In this document: one piece after another, positions 61,301 to 64,000 of the stretch
Layout: each line of letters begins with the position of its first letter
How positions within the stretch are numbered: the stretch's first letter is position 1
Translations under genes and position numbers: made by a program
Source: Sedimentisphaerales bacterium
GTDB taxonomy: Bacteria; Planctomycetota; Phycisphaerae; Sedimentisphaerales; Anaerobacaceae
Length of the DNA stretch: 64,000 nt
Direction: 5' to 3'
Assembly: GCA_963708075.1 (NCBI GenBank)
Contig: OY970194.1
Location: forward strand, 1,920,001-1,984,000
The notes under the pieces: generated by a model
Seen by the model: only the letters and a program-made list of their open reading frames with translations
Told to the model about the DNA's origin: nothing
Databases searched by the model: none

Positions 61301-61573
61301 GTGCTTCCAGGGTGTCTGCTTCGAGAGGCCGTCGTTGGCGTCGTAGCCGGACTCGAAGTCGATGTAGCGGATTGACTCGCCCGCCTTGAATGCGAATGGC
61401 CGCGGTGCCCACTCCAGGTCGCCGGTCGGCAACGCCTTCGCCTGCGGCTCCTGCCAGGACCACCGGGCGGCTGCGTCACTTGCACCGGCGCTCGTGGACC
61501 CGACACCCGGCAGCACGGCGGCGCCAATAAAGGCCTGCATTGTGATGAGGCAGACAAGTGTTCGGTGTCTCAT
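58346..61573 (-). CDS. large secreted beta-helix plus LamG domain protein (probable glycan-acting)
   Basis: signal; YIDFESG.DANDG..TPWK, LDSPGEFW, parallel beta-helix repeats, DGQWHH LamG motif. Confidence 0.75.
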   Translation of the reverse strand: MRHRTLVCLITMQAFIGAAVLPGVGSTSAGASDAAARWSWQEPQAKALPTGDLEWAPRPFAFKAGESIRYIDFESGYDANDGLSKQTPWKHHPWDPDATGQAKACQGVHTYVFKQGVVYRGQMEANESGAEAAPILLTRDPSWGTGPAVICGSEAVTGWKKGADNPVIPEPQKVWYVDLSWTPRNVWMVDRDGAVRRIALARTPNWTITDLDDIQSEWWTWKNPDKPFDNYATINGQRRHLAFDKEHINESRPQDYYEGAIVWTTKGWVMGSPFQAKVLAVDRAGGSLTFPCQWGGAPSYKIIRGCRYYLEDKPHYLDSPGEFWFEKKGTGGRLYLRLPGDQDPNTARVEVAKRIRMIDSRGMSHVHVRGLTFRFTNIYWNLTAAPYWVSHESIDVEPGCVRLLGSGVGLQVTNCTFEHVHRGVRLKAMGPQDAIDHVVVEDNVFSEADAGGVELTDGTTYGDVDQPTGRLYDVRVMRNRFDHIGIRPDLFGQGGALVVKFAQTAEVAGNIFDRVCAQGIDVHGAKPSGAATDRPFTRIIIHHNRAVDTLLNNDDFGGIETWQGGPAYVYDNISGNPGGYRNWDHVLSPDTEDRFGHAYYLDGAFKNYHFNNIAWGKSKGPSGKLANTSAFQEIISYQNTFFNNTIYNFVRGSRRQEPQAGRIKFLGNIWQSMGLRVFRDADPAKTEAAGNEAHAGPRQEQYAIDTDAYARNVFYDVGESFGVFEPSGRWHETLQAFREALESYQPLAATVGIMAEQSPLRDPAAHDFRPSANSAARGQGARVFVPWSLYETVGEWNFYPIPGDPTRILDEHWCMSPYYTGRDNYYRLPTYPLQGVNITLKDYQNGPLENWTTGALRFNGSDQYAVLTQEDIDRTVTLTTGRGNESRNRTVSGADLSNPQVYTSNFLIEVYFKTAPGQIDATLIQKIDGAGWALGVNNAGGVTLTAKSGDATVSLASRRPINDGQWHHIIAEADRQARTFTIYIDGKQDAGGRGLGPDASLANDADLYAGGTPQGHSLNGAIDFMRLARGTLADSKTTIDELYAWEFDGPFLYDLTGRRRPADGGCAGAIDEIAQ

Positions 61574-61707
61574 AAGACTATGACTCCCTGTATCAGAGCA
61601 TCTTGATCGCACAGGACATATCGATACAGAGGAGAGTACACCGCCTGGGATGGGCTGTCAATCGCCCCATCTGAATGACTTGATGTGACTCTTGCGGGCG
61701 GTACAAT

Positions 61708-63153
61708 GTGGCCATGAAGCACCAAGGAGTTACCTCAATGATAATGGTCTGTTGTTCTGTAACGCCTCGCATCGCACGCTTGTGTTTGGTTCTGGCGTTT
61801 GTCTCTGTCGTCGACGCCGGCACCCCTGCCTCTTTACGGCCGACAGTGGAAATCGAGGAGGACGTCTACAGCTACAAGCCCGCGGACAACGGGGCCGGGC
61901 CGATGTGGTGTCACGGGTCCACGTGCCTCGTGCACATCGGCGATGACCTCTTCGCCGGCGGTCTGGAGACGATACCAGGAGTCAAGCCGCTCAACAACTG
62001 CCGCTGGATGCTGTTTCTGCGAGGGCCGCAGGGTTGGCGGAAGGTCTGCTTCGATGCCTCCGGACGGACCCGAGAGCCTTCTCCGCTGGCCGGCTTCCCG
62101 GACGGCCGGTTGTTCCTCTCGGCCAATCCGACGTTGAATGCGGACCCGAACGCCTATTCCGGGCCGGCACGGCCTGAGCTGCTTCAATTTGACGTTCGTG
62201 ACCCGAACAAGCCGGCGCGAACGTTGATCCCCGTCTGGTCCAATCAACCCAAGTTCACCGAACACTCATATCGGAGCTTCGCCGCCGATGGGCCCAATCG
62301 CGAGCTGATCCTGTTTCAAAACATCGGGTACACGCACGCCGAATGGACGTTCCTGGACCGCCAGGGTCAGTGGAGCACGCAGGGTCAGCTCAAATGGCCC
62401 TGGGGCGCAGACTACTCGAAGCCACAGCCAATCCGCGTATGCTATCCCAACGTGGCACTAAGGAATCGCGAGGTTCATTTCTGCGGCGTCAGCGACATCG
62501 TCGAGCCGAACGAACAATGGCGTGCGTTCAAGAGACAGCTCACCGGCCGGGAGTGGGACTATGACTTCCGCCGGTTGTTCTATACCTGGTCGCCTGATAT
62601 CACCACCGGCCGATTTCAGCCCTGGGTGGAGATCGCCAGTCGCGAGAAGACCTGTGGGTGGATCAGCCCCGGCGACCTGTGGCTGGCCCCGGACGGCCGA
62701 GTGCACATCCTGTGGACCGAGCGAGCCCTTGACGAGCGTCTGCGCGAAAAGTTCTTCCCGAACGAGAGACAGAGCCACTCGCTGAACTACGCCGTGGTGC
62801 GCCAGGGCGAGGTGCTCTCGCGTCGCACACTGCTGATGGCGGAGGAAGGCAAGTCGAACGAGCGAGCCGGCCAGGGCAGATTTCACATCGGCTCCGACAA
62901 CCGCCTATTCGTGTTCTTCTACGTGTCGGGCTCGGACGGCAACAGCCGACACATCTCCGAGAACCGCATGCTGGAAATCCGGAGTGACGGATCGGTCAGC
63001 GATTCGGTCCGCGTTCCCCTGGAGAAGCCATTTACCGACTTCATGACCGCCACGCCCCGGGCCGGTTCACCGCCATCCAGCATCCTGGAGCTGCTGGGCA
63101 CACGCCAGGGCTCAGGAACGACGATCAGTTTCGCACGAATCAGGATCGAATGA
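61708..63153 (+). CDS. hypothetical secreted protein, probably beta-propeller
   Basis: 481-aa ORF with signal-like segment and Trp/Gly-rich strands; start uncertain. Confidence 0.65.
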   Translation: MAMKHQGVTSMIMVCCSVTPRIARLCLVLAFVSVVDAGTPASLRPTVEIEEDVYSYKPADNGAGPMWCHGSTCLVHIGDDLFAGGLETIPGVKPLNNCRWMLFLRGPQGWRKVCFDASGRTREPSPLAGFPDGRLFLSANPTLNADPNAYSGPARPELLQFDVRDPNKPARTLIPVWSNQPKFTEHSYRSFAADGPNRELILFQNIGYTHAEWTFLDRQGQWSTQGQLKWPWGADYSKPQPIRVCYPNVALRNREVHFCGVSDIVEPNEQWRAFKRQLTGREWDYDFRRLFYTWSPDITTGRFQPWVEIASREKTCGWISPGDLWLAPDGRVHILWTERALDERLREKFFPNERQSHSLNYAVVRQGEVLSRRTLLMAEEGKSNERAGQGRFHIGSDNRLFVFFYVSGSDGNSRHISENRMLEIRSDGSVSDSVRVPLEKPFTDFMTATPRAGSPPSSILELLGTRQGSGTTISFARIRIE

Positions 63154-63201
63154 CAAGCAGCCGTCGCCCGTGCCAGGCATAGAAGGTTAAGGGGGTCAAC
63201 G

Positions 63202-64000
63202 ATGAACGCCCACGATTTGCCGGGAATGACACGCAGAGAATTCCTGAAGACAGCAGCTTGCATTTCCTCTGTGCTTCTGCCCTCCAATGAGGCGCCGGCT
63301 GCGGCATTGTCCGGGTCAAAGCCGAATATCCTTTATCTCATGACCGACCAGCATCGGGGTGACTGTCTCGGGTGCGCGGGCAATGCCATCATCAAGACAC
63401 CCAGTCTGGATTCCACCGCCGCCGATGGTGTTCTATTTACGAATGCCTATTCATCCACGCCGAGTTGCACGCCGGCCCGCAGTGCGATCCTGACCGGGTT
63501 GTCGCCGTGGCATCACGGAATGCTCGGCTATGGCCGCGTGGCTGAGCAATATCCATTCGAGCTGCCTCAGGCGATGCGGGATGCCGGGTACTACCTGTTC
63601 GGCATCGGCAAGATGCACTGGTACCCGCAGAAGAAGCTTCGCGGCTATCACGGCCTGCTCGTGGATGAATCGGGACGCTCAGAAACGCCGGGCTTCGTGA
63701 GTGACTATCGCCTCTGGTTCCGGCAGCAGGCCCCCGATCTCAATCCGGATGCGACCGGCATCGGCTGGAACGACTATCGGGCCAAGTCGTACGCCCTGCC
63801 CGAGCGGCTCCATCCTACCACATGGACCGGCGATCGGGCAGTCGAGTTCATCGAGAAATATGATCGGCCGGAGCCGTTCCTGTTGAAGGTCTCGTTCGCC
63901 AGGCCGCACAGCCCCTACGATCCGCCGCAGCGATTCCTGGACATGTACAGCGCCGACGAAATGCCTGCCCCTTGGATCGGAGACTGGGCCGGCCGACACG
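63202..64000 (+). CDS. Tat-exported arylsulfatase family protein (partial, runs off the window)
   Basis: own translation: MTRREFLK, KPNILYLMTDQHR, SCTPARSAILTG (CxPxR), GKMH, RPHSPYDPP. Confidence 0.92.
   Translation, partial: MNAHDLPGMTRREFLKTAACISSVLLPSNEAPAAALSGSKPNILYLMTDQHRGDCLGCAGNAIIKTPSLDSTAADGVLFTNAYSSTPSCTPARSAILTGLSPWHHGMLGYGRVAEQYPFELPQAMRDAGYYLFGIGKMHWYPQKKLRGYHGLLVDESGRSETPGFVSDYRLWFRQQAPDLNPDATGIGWNDYRAKSYALPERLHPTTWTGDRAVEFIEKYDRPEPFLLKVSFARPHSPYDPPQRFLDMYSADEMPAPWIGDWAGRH

Noticed and set aside
1..64000. CRISPR array, tRNA/rRNA, integrase or transposase genes
   Set aside because: No spaced direct repeats, RNA gene signatures or recombinase motifs recognised by eye; small structured RNAs cannot be excluded without covariance searches

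Overview
GC-rich bacterial window. Its gene content (LamG proteins with YYWRVDE repeats, PQQ propeller, Tat-exported Gfo/Idh/MocA, sulfatase) suggests an anaerobic Planctomycete, possibly Phycisphaerae/Sedimentisphaerales; this is inference. 1-15.4 kb is a co-oriented arsenic/metal island. Block 1 has ArsR, ArsP permease, small thioredoxins, a DGC protein, an ArsF-like protein, an unusual thioredoxin-NosL-MerB-like fusion and CcdA. Block 2 runs from a perfect sigma70 promoter with an operator palindrome: arsR-arsC-hgcA-hgcB-CMD/AhpD-hyp-ccdA-arsD-arsA-Zn ribbon-acr3-usp, so the mercury-methylation genes sit inside an ars operon that has no arsM. 15.6-20.8 kb is a WXG100/FtsK (type VII secretion-like) cluster. 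The rest encodes a CE4-GH9 fusion, secreted LamG/propeller proteins, a Tat-exported group 1 [NiFe]-hydrogenase with atypical cluster ligands, a 2380-aa Gly-rich autotransporter, a stand-alone GMP synthase ATPPase subunit, a sigma54-controlled HydABC-like/GltD/GltB-like redox operon with its two-component system, amidohydrolases, a 155-bp MITE and a partial sulfatase. About seven genes carry single-base frameshifts, most likely sequencing errors. All family assignments come from motif recognition by eye, not database searches.
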